From positions 108,192,001 through 108,256,000 of the forward strand of contig NW_024704742.1 of the NCBI RefSeq assembly GCF_018977255.1: a stretch of DNA of 64,000 nucleotides, given 5' to 3'. A program made the translations under genes and the position numbers. Below, piece by piece: positions 1-13,635 of this stretch. Position 1 is the first letter of the stretch; each line of letters starts with the position of its first letter. The stretch comes from Callorhinchus milii. Its lineage: Eukaryota. A model generated the notes under the pieces. It saw only the letters and a list, made by a program, of their open reading frames with translations, did not search any database and was not told where the DNA came from.

Positions 1-1270
1 ATTCGTTCCTACTTCAGATATTTCTAATGACTGTGGAGCGACATTAGTCTTGTTGCTTCACTCTGCCAAGTTCACTGTTTACCTTTCACACACAGCCAAA
101 GCACCAATTCTATGTGTATCACAAAAACTGTGCCAAAGCAATGAATTGAAACAATCTAGGAACCATGAGTGACTGTTAATCACATCTCAAGCCCTTGTAG
201 CTTTTGTTATGCACAGTAAACTGGAGGTTTAGGTAAGAATGAACTGAAATAATTTTTTGTCCCCAGTTTACATGATTATTCTGAATATAAACCTAAAATG
301 AAAACATCCTTTTAACACCAAACAAAAAAACATGCAATACAATTTTGTGGCACCCACATTCCCAAGTTCACTCTATTGTTATTGACTGACTCCATTTGGT
401 TGTGTAAAATGCCTGTTCTCTGCTTGACTAAACATTTTTGTGTTGCTGCCAGTATAATCCACACCATGAATAAACTATATACACTGCCTGATCAGCGATA
501 AAAGCAATACAAACCAGCATAACAATAATAATATCAGACATGGGAACTTTTTCACAAGAAGCACAGACAGATGGATTAGAAAATGAACCTATTCCCAGGA
601 TTGCTAATCTCAGTTATCTGCTTATCTCTGCTAACTGCCATTCACTGAAATGACCTGGTTTATTCAGTGCTGCAAACTGTTTGCACAAGAAATATATTAG
701 TGAGGAGGTGGAAGTCTGTACTTCAAAATATTCCTAAACCATGACATTTTAATTAAAAATTTATGCTACAGAAATGATTAAATCTACCACATGCAGAAAA
801 TCTCAAGATACTGTTTTTAAAAACATGAGATAATCAAAGCTGGAGAAAGTGACATTTTAGGCTATGAATCCATTAAAATGTAGCATTACCTTAAAGCAGT
901 GTAAAATTTCTTACATACTAAATGCAGAATATTTTAATCATAAAGTGGAGTAATGTTTCTTTCACTATAATTCCATAAGGTACACAATATAAGATTTTAG
1001 AACAGACTAAGAATATAAAGCTGGAATAAGATGTGTTTTGGTTTATGCAACCTTTTCCAGACACCATATGACACCATGTGCTCTCTCCTCCAGACTCTAC
1101 CCATCCGTTTAATCTCATCAGAAATGTTTTTTGGCAGAATTAGTCTCTGCTCTCCAACGATTACATTTCCAGAAACGCTCATCACCCGAGTCCTCATCAT
1201 GTTGCGGAGTGTAATGTCACTTCCTGGCTCCAGTTTCAAATCCGCCAGGTTAGGGTAAGTACATACAATT

Positions 1271-4200
1271 ATCCTTCGTTACCTTGTCCTCCCCTCCCAG
1301 TCTCTGGCACCTAAGACATGACCGCCATCCCACCTCTTCCCCTTCCCAACCTGCGCTGTCTCCTGTAGCCCGCAGGCTGATGATGCTGTCCCGCTGATCG
1401 CTCACTCCCGGTCTCTGCGTGTGCATTTTGGCTGCTGTCCCGACCCAAGCTGCACCTCCTGGAAATGCTCCTCCTCCTACACCCCTCTATCTACTACTCC
1501 CACTCTGTCCTTCTCTCCCACCGCCTTCCCCGCCTTCTCTCTCTCCTGGACCCCACCATTACCTCCTTCTGCTCCAGACTGGGCATCCTCCGCCGAGTCC
1601 ATCGTGGATCCTGTGTTGGTTGTCTCGGAGCAGCCACCCCGATTGTCCCATTGATCACGCACTCTGCCGCAACCGCCTCCGAAAGGCAAACACCCCTTCC
1701 ACCTCCCTCATCCATACCCTCACCAACACTCCCTTAAACTCCACAGTCATTTCTCCCCCACGACCCCAAATCCTCTCCATGCCACTCTCTCCTCCGTCCG
1801 TCCCCACCCGTAACCCCATCTGCATTTCCCTACAAAATGTCCGCTCCCTCTCTAATAAAGCCCTCATTATGTACGATGAGCACATGGATATTCTTGGATA
1901 AGCACATAGATATTCTTGGGCTTATGGAAACTTGGCTCTCCCCCAATGACTCCATCCCCTTAGTTGAAGCCTCCCCTCCTGGCTACACGTTTCACCACAC
2001 CCCCTGTCCTAACCAACGTAGCGGTGGGGTGGCTCTCATCTCCCAAGCTTCACTCGGTCTATCCCCTTATTCCTCTGGCTGCTTCTACTCATCCTCTACC
2101 AACCCTCCTCTCTCTCACTAAAAATTCTCCTGGTTTACCGCTCCCAAAACCCCCTGGCTCCTTCCTCTCCGATATCTCCGCTCTCCTCTCCTCCCTGTCC
2201 CGGAGCTCAGAATGCCTGCTCATAATGGGCGACTTCAACCTCCACCTAAATTCCCCTTGCACCACATCCTCATATTTCACTGCCCTCCTCTCCTCCCTAA
2301 ATCTCACCCTCCACATCAATTCACCAACCCACAACCGTGGCCACCCCCTCGAACTTGTTATCACACGTGGTCTCGACATTTCCAACCTGTGCGTCATAGA
2401 CAAGGCCATCTCGGATCACTTCCTCATCTCCTTCTCCTTTCGCGTCCCTCTCCCCTCCATCAAGACCTCAACCATACTTTTCCGCCTATGGCAAAGACTT
2501 CCTTCCGAGACCCTCACAAATGCCCTCTCATCCTCAGACCTCCTATCCCTCTGGCCTTCCACCCGCAGCGACTCTGAAGCAGCCGTCAAGCTGCTCCACG
2601 ATCGCCTCTCCTCCAACTTCAACTCCCTTGTCTCCCTGAAATCCAGGACTGTCTCCAAACCCACCTGAACCCCTGGTAAAACAGCCATCTCTGCTCCCTA
2701 AAATCCCAAACCTGGTTGCTCGAGCACAGTTGGCAGAAAGTCAGCCTCACGATTCACCACCAGCTGTGGCTCGAGCATCTTCATACCTACCGCCGCTCCC
2801 TGTCACAAGCAAAAACTGCACACTACTCCAACATCGTACTGGAGGCCAACAATAACTCCAAAATCCTATTCTCCACCACCCACTACCTTCTCCGTGCGCT
2901 TCTTCAAGCATCCTCAATCATCACATCTAATGCTAAGTGCAAAGAGGTCATGGACTTCTTTACCTCTAAAATTGACAATTTCCGCCTGGCCCTTTGCTCC
3001 ATGTCGCCTACCACCACCCCCATTCCATCTCCCTCACCCACCCCGCCATCAGCTCCTACCACGGCCCCCATTCTACATTCATTTGCCCCCATCTCTCCTT
3101 TCTCCCTCTCATCCACCATCACACAGTGAAACCACCACCTGCTGCCTCGACCCCCTCCCCATCCAACTGCTGATCACTCAGCTCCCCTCCTCTACCCACT
3201 GCTGGCAGAAACTATTAACCAGTCTCTCTCTCCTCAGGATCAGTCCCACTCGCCCTCAAAACCGCGGTCATCACCCTCTCCTTAAAACACCTACCCTCAA
3301 TCCCTCCAACCTCAGCCACTTCCGCCCTATCTCAAACCTGCCCTTCCTTACCAAAGCTCTGGAATGCATTGTTGCCAACCAACTTTGCCCACACCTCTCC
3401 TTCCACTTCCTACTTGAACCCATCCAGTCTGGTTTCCGCCCTGCCCACAGTACAGAGATAGCGCACATGAAGGTCACAAACGATATCCTCTCTATCTGTG
3501 ACGAAGGCTCCCTCTACCTCCTCGTCCTCCTGGACTTCTCAGCCGCATTCGACACAGTCGATCATGCCATCCTCCACATGCCATGCTACCTTTCCTCTAC
3601 ATCCACCTCAGTGGGATCACACTCGCTTGGTTCGAATCCTACCTCACAAACTGCCAGCACTACATTTCTGCAAATGGCTTTTCTTCGCTCTTCCACCCGG
3701 TCATCTTCCGGGTACCCCAAGGATCCATCCTTGGCCCCTTCTCTTCCTCATCTATATGCTCCCTCTCAGTCATGTCATCTATAGACACTGGGTTCACTTC
3801 CACATGTATGCAGTTGACACTACTTTCCCACCTCCAGCTGCAAACCCTAGTCCACGGTATTCTGTCAGCTTGTTTGTCAGACATCAGGAGCTGGATAAGT
3901 GCAAATTTCCTGCAGTTAAACATCAACAAGATGGACGCCATATGGCTTTTGCCGATGTCTTCTGTCCCTCCTCAACCTACCCACCAATCCTTAAAACTCT
4001 CTGAACCCATGCTGAACTTAGGCGTCAGTTTTGATCCCCAGTTATCCTTCCTCCCCCATATCCGGTCCCTGACTTCAACTCTTTCTTCCACCTCCATCAC
4101 ATTGCCCATCTCCGACACTACCTACCCCAAAAGCTGCCGATACCCTTGTCCATGCGTTTGTCACCTCTCAGCTGGACTACTCTAATGCCCTCCTCCCGGT

Positions 4201-4737
4201 TTCCCCTCCTCCACTATTCACAAAATCCAGCTCATTCAAAACTCCGCCGCTCGCATTCTCACCCCCACTAAAATGTTTACACCGATTACTCCAGTCCTTG
4301 CCAAACTCCACTGGATCCCAGTCACAGAGAGGATCAACTTCAAGATTCTTACTCTAGTGTTTAAATCCCTCCATTCCTTGGCACCCGCTATCTCTCTAAC
4401 CTCCTCTCTCCTCACAGCAGTACCCGCTGCCTCTGCTCTACTGGGTCTGGCCTCCTCAGAGTCCCCCGAATCCTCTGCTCCACCATGAGCAGCCGTGCCT
4501 TCAGCCACTACGTCCTGAAACTTTACAACTCCCTCTCTAATCCCCTTTGCCTCCCTCATCTCCTTCGCCTCACCCCCTCCTTCCCCATCTTCAGGTTGTG
4601 CCTGAAGTCCTTCCTTGTCGACCATGCCTACGGTCACCTTATCCCTCCCCCAAGCTCGGCCTTGGGCTCCACCATTTTTAAGCTCTCTGAGATGCCGCCC
4701 GGCGTGGAGGGTGCTATATAATTCCAAGTTGTTGTTG
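1271..4737 (+). mobile_element. Near full-length L2-clade LINE; ORF2 (APE endonuclease + RT) disrupted by frameshifts and stops
   Basis: APE motifs QNVRSLSNK, LMETWL, SGGVA, MGDFN, THNRGH, SDHFL. RT motifs [42 protein letters not shown], degenerate YAVDT. C-terminal LHWIPVTERINFKIL, then 3' stem-loop and (GTT)n tail. Confidence 0.95.
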
Positions 4738-5050
4738 TGCTGTAGCTCAGTGGTTAGAGCACTCGCCTTGCAAGTGAGAAGCCTGGATTTGATTCCCACC
4801 AGGGTGAAACCTTGGGCAAGTTTCCTTACTCCACACGCCTGATATAATCACTCAAGAAAAAAAACAATAATGAATTAGTCACTTCAATCCACAACTGTTT
4901 GTGGGACACTGCTGTGCGCAATTGGCTGCCGCATTTCGCCCGCAAATATACAGTCAATTCACTTTACAGTATATTCTGTGAAGCACTTTGAGACGTCCAG
5001 AAAAGTGAAAAGCGCTTTATCAAATGCAAGGATTATTATTATTATTATTA
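4738..5050 (+). mobile_element. tRNA-Ala-derived SINE (family A) inserted at the L2 tail
   Basis: A-box TAGCTCAGTGG, TGC-anticodon-like arm, core TGTTTGTGGGACACTGCTGTGCGCAATTGGCTGCC, L2-like tail, (ATT)n end. Confidence 0.9.
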
Positions 5051-5315
5051 CTCCACTTTCTTCCAGCGAATCGATTTCAAGGTCCTCACTCTCACCAACA
5101 AATCCATCCAAATACTGGCACCTCCTTATCTCTCCAATCTCCTCCTACCCAACTCCTCCGCTTGCTCCTTCCGCTCAGCTAACTTGGGCTTGCCTCACAT
5201 CCCACACCTTCTCCAAACTATCGATGGCCAAGCCTTCACTTCCTATGTTTCTAAATTCTGCAACTCCCTCCCTTAACCATTTTGTCCCACTCCCTTTCTG
5301 TCTTCCCAAATACAC
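5051..5315 (+). mobile_element. Degenerate L2 3' ORF2 fragment
   Basis: Translates to QRIDFKVLTLTNKSIQILAPPYLSNLL, homologous to 4325-4400. Confidence 0.75.
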
Positions 5316-5740
5316 AGTCCCTTCATGCCATCCCTCACTCACTCAAATCTCTCATTACCTCTCAAATTTCTTATCTTTCCTTTCTTGAGGTTTTCAATGA
5401 CAAGAATCAAGTTAAATCTGAAATTCAATCTCTGTTTCAATTATTGCTCTTTTGCTAAGAATAGAGAATTTCTCCCACATCTTAGTTTAATTTAAATGTT
5501 AAGTCTCTAAAGGATAAAAAAAAATTCCATTTACCCTGATACTTTGATACTCTGGACTAGGTCTCCTTCATGATTATATATTTATAGTATAGTGGTTAAG
5601 TCCTCATAATATAATAGAAATTATATAATCCAGAGAAGTGAATATAGTCTCTTAAGAACAAATCTACAAACACATTTAGTGATGCTGAGAACCCTTAATT
5701 TCACCCATTATCTACAAATTACCCTTTCTAATAAGCCGTG

Positions 5741-6492
5741 CATTTAGTATACAGCCTTTCATGTCAGGAGGATGTCCCAAAGCGCTTCACGGGTTAAAAT
5801 GCAAAGTAGATTGACTGTGTTTTGTTGGCGACTGTGGCAACCACCTTGCACACAACAATTTCTCACAAGCAGCTATGAAGTGAATTACAAATTTTATTTG
5901 AGGGATTGCTGGCCAGGACACTGGGAGAAACTCCCATCTCTTTTTGGATAAAGCAATGGGATCTTTAACGTCCCAGTAAATAGGTAGACGGCACCTGTGT
6001 GGAGTCCTGTAGCTCAGTGTTTAAAGCATTTGCCTCGCAAGTGAAAGACCTGGGTTTGATTCCCAGCAGGTCGAAACCTTGGGCAAGTTTCCTTACTCCA
6101 CATGTCTGATAATAATCCCTCAAGAAAAGAAAACAACAATAAATTAGTCACTTCAATCCACGACTGTCTGTGGGACACTGCTGTGCGCAATTGACTGCCA
6201 CATTTCGCCCACAAATATACAGTCAATTCACTTTACAGTGTATTGTGTGAAGCGCTTTGAGACGTTTCAGAAGACGTGAAAAATACTATATCAAATGTAA
6301 GGATTATTTTATAATATTATTTTATTATTATTAACATCGCATCCAAAGGATGCTACCTCCAACAATGTAGGACAGCTCCAGCACTGTATTAGTCAGCTTG
6401 GACTATACGAGTTTCAAGGCCTGACATGGGGCTCTGAACCCACAATCTTCTGACTCAGAGGCAAGGGTATTACTAACTGAGCCAACTTGACA
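5741..6492 (-). mobile_element. Deu-domain tRNA-SINE (family B, SacSINE1/AmnSINE1-like), interrupted by a family A copy
   Basis: Minus-strand head TGGCTCAGTTAGTAA...GGGTTCAGAGCC; Deu core GACGTTAAAGATCCCATTGC...CCCAGTGTCCTGGCCAGCA; L2-type tail. Confidence 0.85.
6001..6330 (+). mobile_element. Full-length family A SINE
   Basis: Starts GGAGTCCTGTAGCTCAG, same body as 4738 and 32231, ATT-rich tail. Confidence 0.9.
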
Positions 6493-7412
6493 TACAATAA
6501 TCAGTAGTGGTTGTGTTTCAACTATAGGTATATGTTATTTATTTTATAGCCACACAGCACCTACGGGTGTTTAAAAAGATTCTTCTATGTATTTCTCCTT
6601 TTAGTGCAGAAATTCAGCCATGTATGGTTCAGTGGAAGAACCGAGCTGTTGCCACTTGGTGGTTCTTTTGGTTACATAAAATCATGACAAATCAGTCTGT
6701 CCTGTCTTGCTCCTCGTGATCAAGGTTGTTTACCAACACTGCTGACACTATACACTCGATCAGGCTTCATCAGAATTTTGGCTGGTGTCAGCACAAAACT
6801 CTAAAAAGGCATCAACATGAATCTGAATTTTTCTGCTTTGCAATCCTCCTGATGTAAGCGAAGTGCAGCCTTGGTCATCCAATGTATCCAATGTGATTAT
6901 ATTCTTAAAGAAATGAAATAGTTCAATATGCAAAACTTGAGACTTGAAGATCAAAACTATTCTTTAACATGTACTGAAAACAAATTACCAGGTTCTTCGT
7001 TCCAATCCAGAATTTGTTGATGAATTAGATATCAACTTTAAGAACATATCAACATCTTATATAATTAGCAACCAAAGGCATCTGAAGACAGAGCAAAAGC
7101 CAAATAAATTGCACGTATTAAAAATGAAACTGTTAATATCATCTGAACTCCTTCCATTTAAAAACAATAACAACCAATATGGAGAGGAAGAGAATGAGAG
7201 GAAGCCAATTCATTCTAACTTATCTTGGTTGGTTTTCATGCCAATATTATTACATAGCAAATTGCATTTTGTTTCTGTAAATCCATTTCTTCCCTGGCCC
7301 TATTGATAGTTTTTTATGGGTCAGCTGGATGCCTGATACATGCATAAACCCATCGCCATGCTTAAGAATATCCAAATCAGACTGAGTTTCATGGATGCCA
7401 CTTACGCATGTA

Positions 7413-8208
7413 TATTCGAGTCCTACCTCACAAACCGCCAGCAGTACATCTGCAAAAACGGCTTCTCCTCCCGCTCTCACCCGTCACCTGCGGGGTACCC
7501 CAAGGATCCATCCTTGGCCCCCTCCTCTTTCTAATCTACATGCTCCATCTTGGGGATGTCATCCGCAGACATGGGGTACACTTCCACATGTATGAGGACG
7601 ACACCCAACTCTATTTTTCCACCTCTCTTTGTGACCTCCAGTCAGCCTGCCTGTCAGACCTCAGGAGCTGGATGAGCGCAAATTTCCTTCAGCTGAACGT
7701 TGACAAGACGGAAGCCATACACTTTGGCTCTCGTCAACATCTAAAATCTCACGGTTCTCACCTCCTTCACCTACCCAACCTCCCTCTAAAACTCTCCCAA
7801 CCCATACACAACCTAGGTGTCAGGTTCGACCACCAATTATCCTTCCTCCCCCACATCCGGTCCCTCACCAGTACCACTTTTTTCCATCTCCGACGCATCA
7901 CCCATCTCCGCCACTAACTCTCTCCGAAAGAAGCTGAAAGCCTGGTCCATGCCTTTGTCATCTCTCGGCTGGACTATTCAAATGCCCTCCTGCCCGGTCT
8001 CCCCTCCACTACCATCCATAAAATCCAGATTATTCAAAACTCTGCCGCCCGCATTCTCACCCGCACGAAACTCCACTCCCCGATTCCCCCAGTCCTTGCC
8101 AGACTACACTGGCTGCCTGTCCCAGAAAGGATCGACTTCAAGATCCTCACCCTTGTCTTCAAATCCCTCCACTCCTCTGCACCCCCCCTACCTCGCTGAC
8201 CTCCTCTC
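7413..8208 (+). mobile_element. L2 RT C-terminal fragment, truncated at both ends
   Basis: [40 protein letters not shown]; collinear with 3631-4410. Confidence 0.93.
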
Positions 8209-8261
8209 TTATGAATTTTCTTGGGGAGCTTGTACTATAAATGGCACAAATATGGTGATCA

Positions 8262-8372
8262 GTGTGTATGAATTTATGTGTGTGAGTGTGTATTTAGTGT
8301 GTGTGTATCCAGGGTGTACATGTTTGTGTTTTCAGGGAATGTGTGTGTTCAGGGTGCATCTGTGTTCAGCTG
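8262..8372. repeat. Degenerate (TG)n low-complexity tract
   Basis: Visible GTGT-rich run. Confidence 0.6.
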
Positions 8373-9159
8373 GTTATACAAATGTAGGACTGAAGCAGCT
8401 GAACATCTTCCCAGTAACAGCCACAAGATCAATGCCAGAGTGAAAGTTGACTCACTGTCTGCTTATGTTATAGTTTGGCCCAAAACATACAAACTAGATC
8501 TTTCATCAAAATATTTTTCACAAATCGTACGTCAACCCGCATGGAAAACATGCAATTTATTAATTACATGTTTCAAAGAGCAACAAGCATATTTGGTCTA
8601 CTTATCATGGATTAATATCTGAATATTAATCTTAGTTTGAGTGACAGGAACAGTCAGTGCTGGTTGTTAAATTTATGTCAGAATAAAAGTTGTAAGCTTC
8701 ATTACTAATAAAATGCTATTCAACATTTGTAATTTCTCCCCCTTATGTTTTCTTTCAGCTATGACTCTGTGGTCCATTCTATTCTCTTCTCTGTAACAAT
8801 AATTTATGACAAATCTTTCTGATTAAATAAGATAATTTCTTAGGCATGATGTAAAGACACAGTTATTCAAAACAAATGCAATGTAAATAATACATTTAAG
8901 TATGATAACATGGATGTGTCCTTATTAAAATAACATGCAGGGAAACTGCAATAGTCCATCCACAGAAGGAAAGAGGAACGATCCATATCAAAGAAGAATT
9001 TCATGCCCTTCATATATAGGTACCCAAATAGCCTTTACTCAGAGGGTGAGGGAGAACAGGAGTTTAATTCTGCCCCGATATCCAGACCATGTGGTAGTCA
9101 GGGCCTCGCAGAGCTGCTGCAGATCCTCAGTGTCCCATTCAACCTTATTTCTGTGCTTT

Positions 9160-9330
9160 CACCCTACTTTCCCTCACCTTTGCTACATTGGCCAAGTGTT
9201 TTTAGATACCTTTTTTCCTAGACTGCTCAGCTCCCCTCCAGCTTGGGCTGCCAGTCAGTTCTGTGAAGCACGTTGAGATGTCCTCCCAATGTGAAATATT
9301 CTATATAAATGTAAAGTGTTGTTGTCGTAG
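9160..9330 (+). mobile_element. L2 3' end fragment
   Basis: Degenerate tail GAGATGTCCTCCCAATGTGAAA...TATATAAATGTAAAGTGTTGTTG. Confidence 0.65.
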
Positions 9331-10012
9331 TCAGGGTGGAGGGTCAAGCCAGGCCAACCCTGCACAGTAATGTCATGATCTCGACCCAACAGTAACAGAA
9401 AACAATCAATCAGAGGGTAATAGTGGAGAACTCCAGAATAGCCAATAACCTGCAAATAAAGCTGGAGAGATTGTGATCAAAAATGATCCTTGTTAAGCAA
9501 GATTTCAAGCAGACAGTTGTTTTTTAGCCTGATAATTTCATTAAAACCTAAATTGCCACTTGCAAATTCAGACATCGCTCCAACCCAGGCTTATTCATGG
9601 CAAAGTGGCCAAATTCTAACCGAGTTTGGCCATTATCCTTTTAATAAGGTCAAAACTGATCCCTGCTAACCTGCAATCTAAATGGTGGGACATGGCTTAC
9701 TATTGTTCCAAAGTAGATGGTGGAGGTAAAACACATTTTAATTACATTTATGAATTAAGGAATGGAATGTGTTAAGGAATTTGTAATTTTTACCCTGTAT
9801 TTTGAATCTCCAGTTCACTATTTCAGTGTGTAATGTGTAGATGGGAACGTGGCTGATTCCTGATTCTTTATGCAGTGCAGTTATTCAATCCCTCCACATG
9901 CAGAGCACGTGTCGACTCAATGGTCACCTTAGAACTGCCTGTCCATGGTCCTTGACGTCTAGAATGTAGCAATAGGTGTACTGTGAGCCCTGCGATATTC
10001 AAATAGATAGAT

Positions 10013-10190
10013 ACAACAACAGCGCTTCACAGTAACGGCCGAGCCAGGGGGAGGGGGAAGAAGGGGTGTCAAAGGCAAGGGCACTGTCAAAAAGAAAGGT
10101 CTTCAGCCAAGACCTGAAAATAAGAAGAGAGGGGGCAAGGTGAAGGGAGTGAGGAAGGGAATTCCAGAGCCTCGGGGTACCAGAAAGCAA
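10013..10190 (-). mobile_element. L2 3' end fragment
   Basis: PRLWNSLPHSLHLAPSLLIFRSWLKTFLF is the L2 ORF2 C-terminus. Confidence 0.8.
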
Positions 10191-12679
10191 TAGGTATATT
10201 GTGAGCCCTGTAGATTTGCGATGGATATATGCCAGTGCTCACTGGCAGTCAAGTGGTGAGTATTCATCCAATTCCTTCATTGCTGTTCTATGCATTTCCT
10301 GATAACCTTATGTATCAGGATCAATCTATCATTTCACAAACATCAATGCCAAACCACCTGAATGTTCTGCTTGCAATGATAGACTATGAGGTAGTCAAGA
10401 ATTAAATGGATGAAGCAGTTATTATTGACAAAGTAAATTGGTGGGAAAGGTCAAGTATTTAGTTTAGGATTTGTGGGATACTCCGAGGTATTGTCGATTA
10501 GCACCTTGTTCTTTCACCTATAAAACGTGGGATTCAATTTAGTTTGGATCAATGGGTTGAAACTCCCCTCTCTTTGCTGACTGTTCGGGTCCAAAATGAA
10601 ATGAGGTTCTCAAGTCAGAAACGGATCTCAATAAAAAGCTATGCCAATTTGGTACTAGTAAGTAACATATTCAAAAGGGAACTTTAACTTGGCTATACAT
10701 TGGCCTGGGAGTGATTCTACTGACAATAGGTCATAAAGTAACTAAATAAATCTGCAAAGCAGACTCAAGTGGCTAATTGTAATTTCTGGTTTGCGAATAT
10801 TGGATTGAAGATTCGCAAAAAGATAAATTCAGGAATCACAAGTCGGGAAACTCTAGGAAAGGCCGGAGAGCACAAAACTGCATTGGTGGTTTGCTCATTG
10901 TTTTTTTTTCTTTTAAGATTTTACTGACCTTGGGATTTGCGATTCAGGGTTTGGCGAAATCTGACCACAGCAAAGTATAAATCACCATCAACACCAACAT
11001 TTCCAGTTTACAAATATTGCATTTTATGACTCCCCAAAGAAGGAAAAACACACCTCTATGAGCACAAAAATGTCATCAAAAGTTTACATTTAAAAAATCG
11101 AGGTTTGTGGAGAATTAATAATATGAATATCTATGAGCAACAGTAACAGCACATTGTCTCATGCAAACATGTTATCTTCATAGATTCATAGAAAGTACAG
11201 CTGAGAAACAGGCCATTCAATCCATTCAGTCTGGTGTTTATACAACAACAACTTGAATTTATATAGTACCCTTCATGTTAGATGGTGTCTTGTTGTACTT
11301 GACACGTGCCCATCCTAGATTTTCTAAATTCAAAATTAATAAATGATTTTATCCATTTAACTAATTAATAAAAAAGCTTACTCTTTAAACCACATTTGAC
11401 AAGTTATTTCTAAGATTCAAGGCTAATCTTATTCAGTACCAGTAAGTCTACAGAGGCCAGTGCAACATTACCATTCTTTTAGCATGCTTTGTACCTAGGG
11501 AAAGGATGTCATAGAGTATTAAAACACTGAGTCTTCAGGAAACAGGAACATAATCTGAAACCAGGGACGTTACAAAGTGAAATTTCAAATTCTTATGCTA
11601 GTTGACAAGGATATTAAAACGTGGAGCTGCGACCACAAAAGTTAAACTACTGCTGAGAAGGGAAAACCTCACCTTTTGATCTTTAGCAGCAGTTTCCACT
11701 GGACAGGAGAGTGTTCGCAGCCTAAACAACAGCACCTTCCGCTTGTGCCAATCTGCCCACAGTTAAAAGGGAATAATTTACATCTCTATCTACCGACTAA
11801 TATTTGTTTCAATCAAAATAAAGAAGCCCTGATCTGCATGCCAAGAACCCTCAAAGGATTTGTATTGTCTCTGGTTTCATTTTCCTCAGAGGATATTGTG
11901 AAAAATGAATTTTCTGACATTTAATCTGGTTTTCTCAATCTTCGGAATGAATCCTCCAGGGAATGAACATCCCTGAGCATTCTAGTTTCATTAGCCAATT
12001 CCAAGTTTCATTGTTTATGCGTCTTCCCCTGCACTTTTACACTAAGAGAAACCTAAAGAATCCTGATGCTCATCCTACCAAGTCCTTTAGGAAATTTTTG
12101 GACTGATTTAAGACCAGGCTGGCCCTAATGTTTTCTAAAATACACTTAAATATGGTCTGGGGATACATTCACAATCAACTATTTTATATCTTACAGGTGA
12201 TTTAAATTTCAATCAGATTTAAAGTTAACTTCTACATAAAGTGGAGCACTTTGAGTGCAATCACAATTAGTGAATGTGCTGTTACTGCTGCACATTTTTT
12301 TATTAAAATCTATTGAAGTAGCCAAAGCTATAATTTCTGAACTTTGTGTACAATCTGATGCATTATATTACATAAGTAAACTTTGCATAGTATACTTCTC
12401 CAAAGCATTGTTTTCAGTATATTATATTTAGCATTAATTAAAATTAAAGGACTATTAAAGTATAGACTTAGGAACATTTTTTTCTGTTTTAAGCCGCCCC
12501 CCTTCCCTCTAGAGGGTTGTAATTTTGTTGGTGTTCTGTGTTGCAGTCAAAATCTATTGTGATTTTCCCATATAATCGGGTATTGTTAGTCACTGCATTC
12601 AAAGCCGACTGGGATTTCAGCCCTTTGCTTTATACGTTCTTCTCCTGAAGATGTTATCTTATCCTGGGGTGTTATTGTA

Positions 12680-12880
12680 CGAGCACTTTTCATTCCAAAC
12701 CTTCAGCCAGGCCCCTTAATACTTCTACAAGGCAAGTATTTGTCTATCCCTCTTTTAAACATTCTTATTGATTCCGCTTCTACAGCTTTCTGGGGCAGGG
12801 AATTCTGCATGTTCACAACCCTCAGTTCACATCATTGTAGCTCTAATTTTAAGGCTATGCTCCCTTGTAATGTCTCCTTG
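12680..12880 (-). mobile_element. CR1-clade LINE 3' fragment
   Basis: Reverse complement resembles the CR1 ORF2 end (GAGGGTTGTGAACATGCAGAATTCCCTGCCCCAGAAAGCTGTAGAAGC), like 52150-52250. Confidence 0.7.
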
Positions 12881-12949
12881 TAACAGAGGACATTTGGCCA
12901 CACCTGGAGTAATGACTAAATTCATATTACTTGTACACTGTGGATGGGA

Positions 12950-13400
12950 TACACCTTGTCAAGAGGGAAGCTGAAAAAGATCTAGTTGGGTTACGTTGTC
13001 AAGTTGAGTGCAAATCTCCAGAAGTCATACTAATGCGATACAGTGCTTGGTTAGGTTGTATCCAGAGCACTGTGTACAGTTCTGGTATCATGATATAAGG
13101 AGGCAACTAACGCCTTAGAGACAATGTAGAGGAGATGAGTATGATCCCCAGTGTTAGAGGAATGAGCTATGACAATTACACGTGCTGGTGCCGTTTATTC
13201 TTGAAAAGAGACATCTCAGAGGGGACTTTATAGAGGTATATTACATTTTAAATAGGATTAAAAAAAGTAAATCCATAACAATATTTTTGCATCCACTGAG
13301 ACAGTAGAACAAGAGGACCCAGATTCAGGTTGCAAACCAGATTTTTAGGACAGACACCAGGAAGTCTTTCTTTACTCAGAGGGTAATTAAGGACTGGAAT
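12950..13400 (+). mobile_element. Degenerate CR1 ORF2 C-terminal fragment
   Basis: GAGCACTGTGTACAGTTCTGG, AGAGGGGACTTTATAGAGGTATAT and TTTACTCAGAGGGTAATTAAGGACTGGAAT are homologous to 62700-63000. Confidence 0.75.
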
Positions 13401-13601
13401 ATAATAGTAATAATAATAATAATTCTTGCATTTGATATAGCACTTTACACATCTTCTAAACTTCTCAAAGAGCTTCACAAAATATACTGTAAAGAGAATT
13501 GACTGTATATTTGTGGGCGAAATGTGGCAGCAAATTAGGCACAGCAGTGTTCCACAAACAGTCGTGGATTGAGTGACCAATTTATTATTGTTTTTTAAGG
13601 G

Positions 13602-13635
<34 letters not shown>
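13401..13635 (-). mobile_element. 5'-truncated family A SINE with an (ATT)n microsatellite at 13604-13635
   Basis: Body and tail match the other family A copies. Confidence 0.85.

Noticed and set aside
1031..1258. Plus-strand ORF followed by GTAAGT
   Set aside because: Looks like the antisense shadow of the minus-strand coding-like frame; the same applies to 35113..35400.
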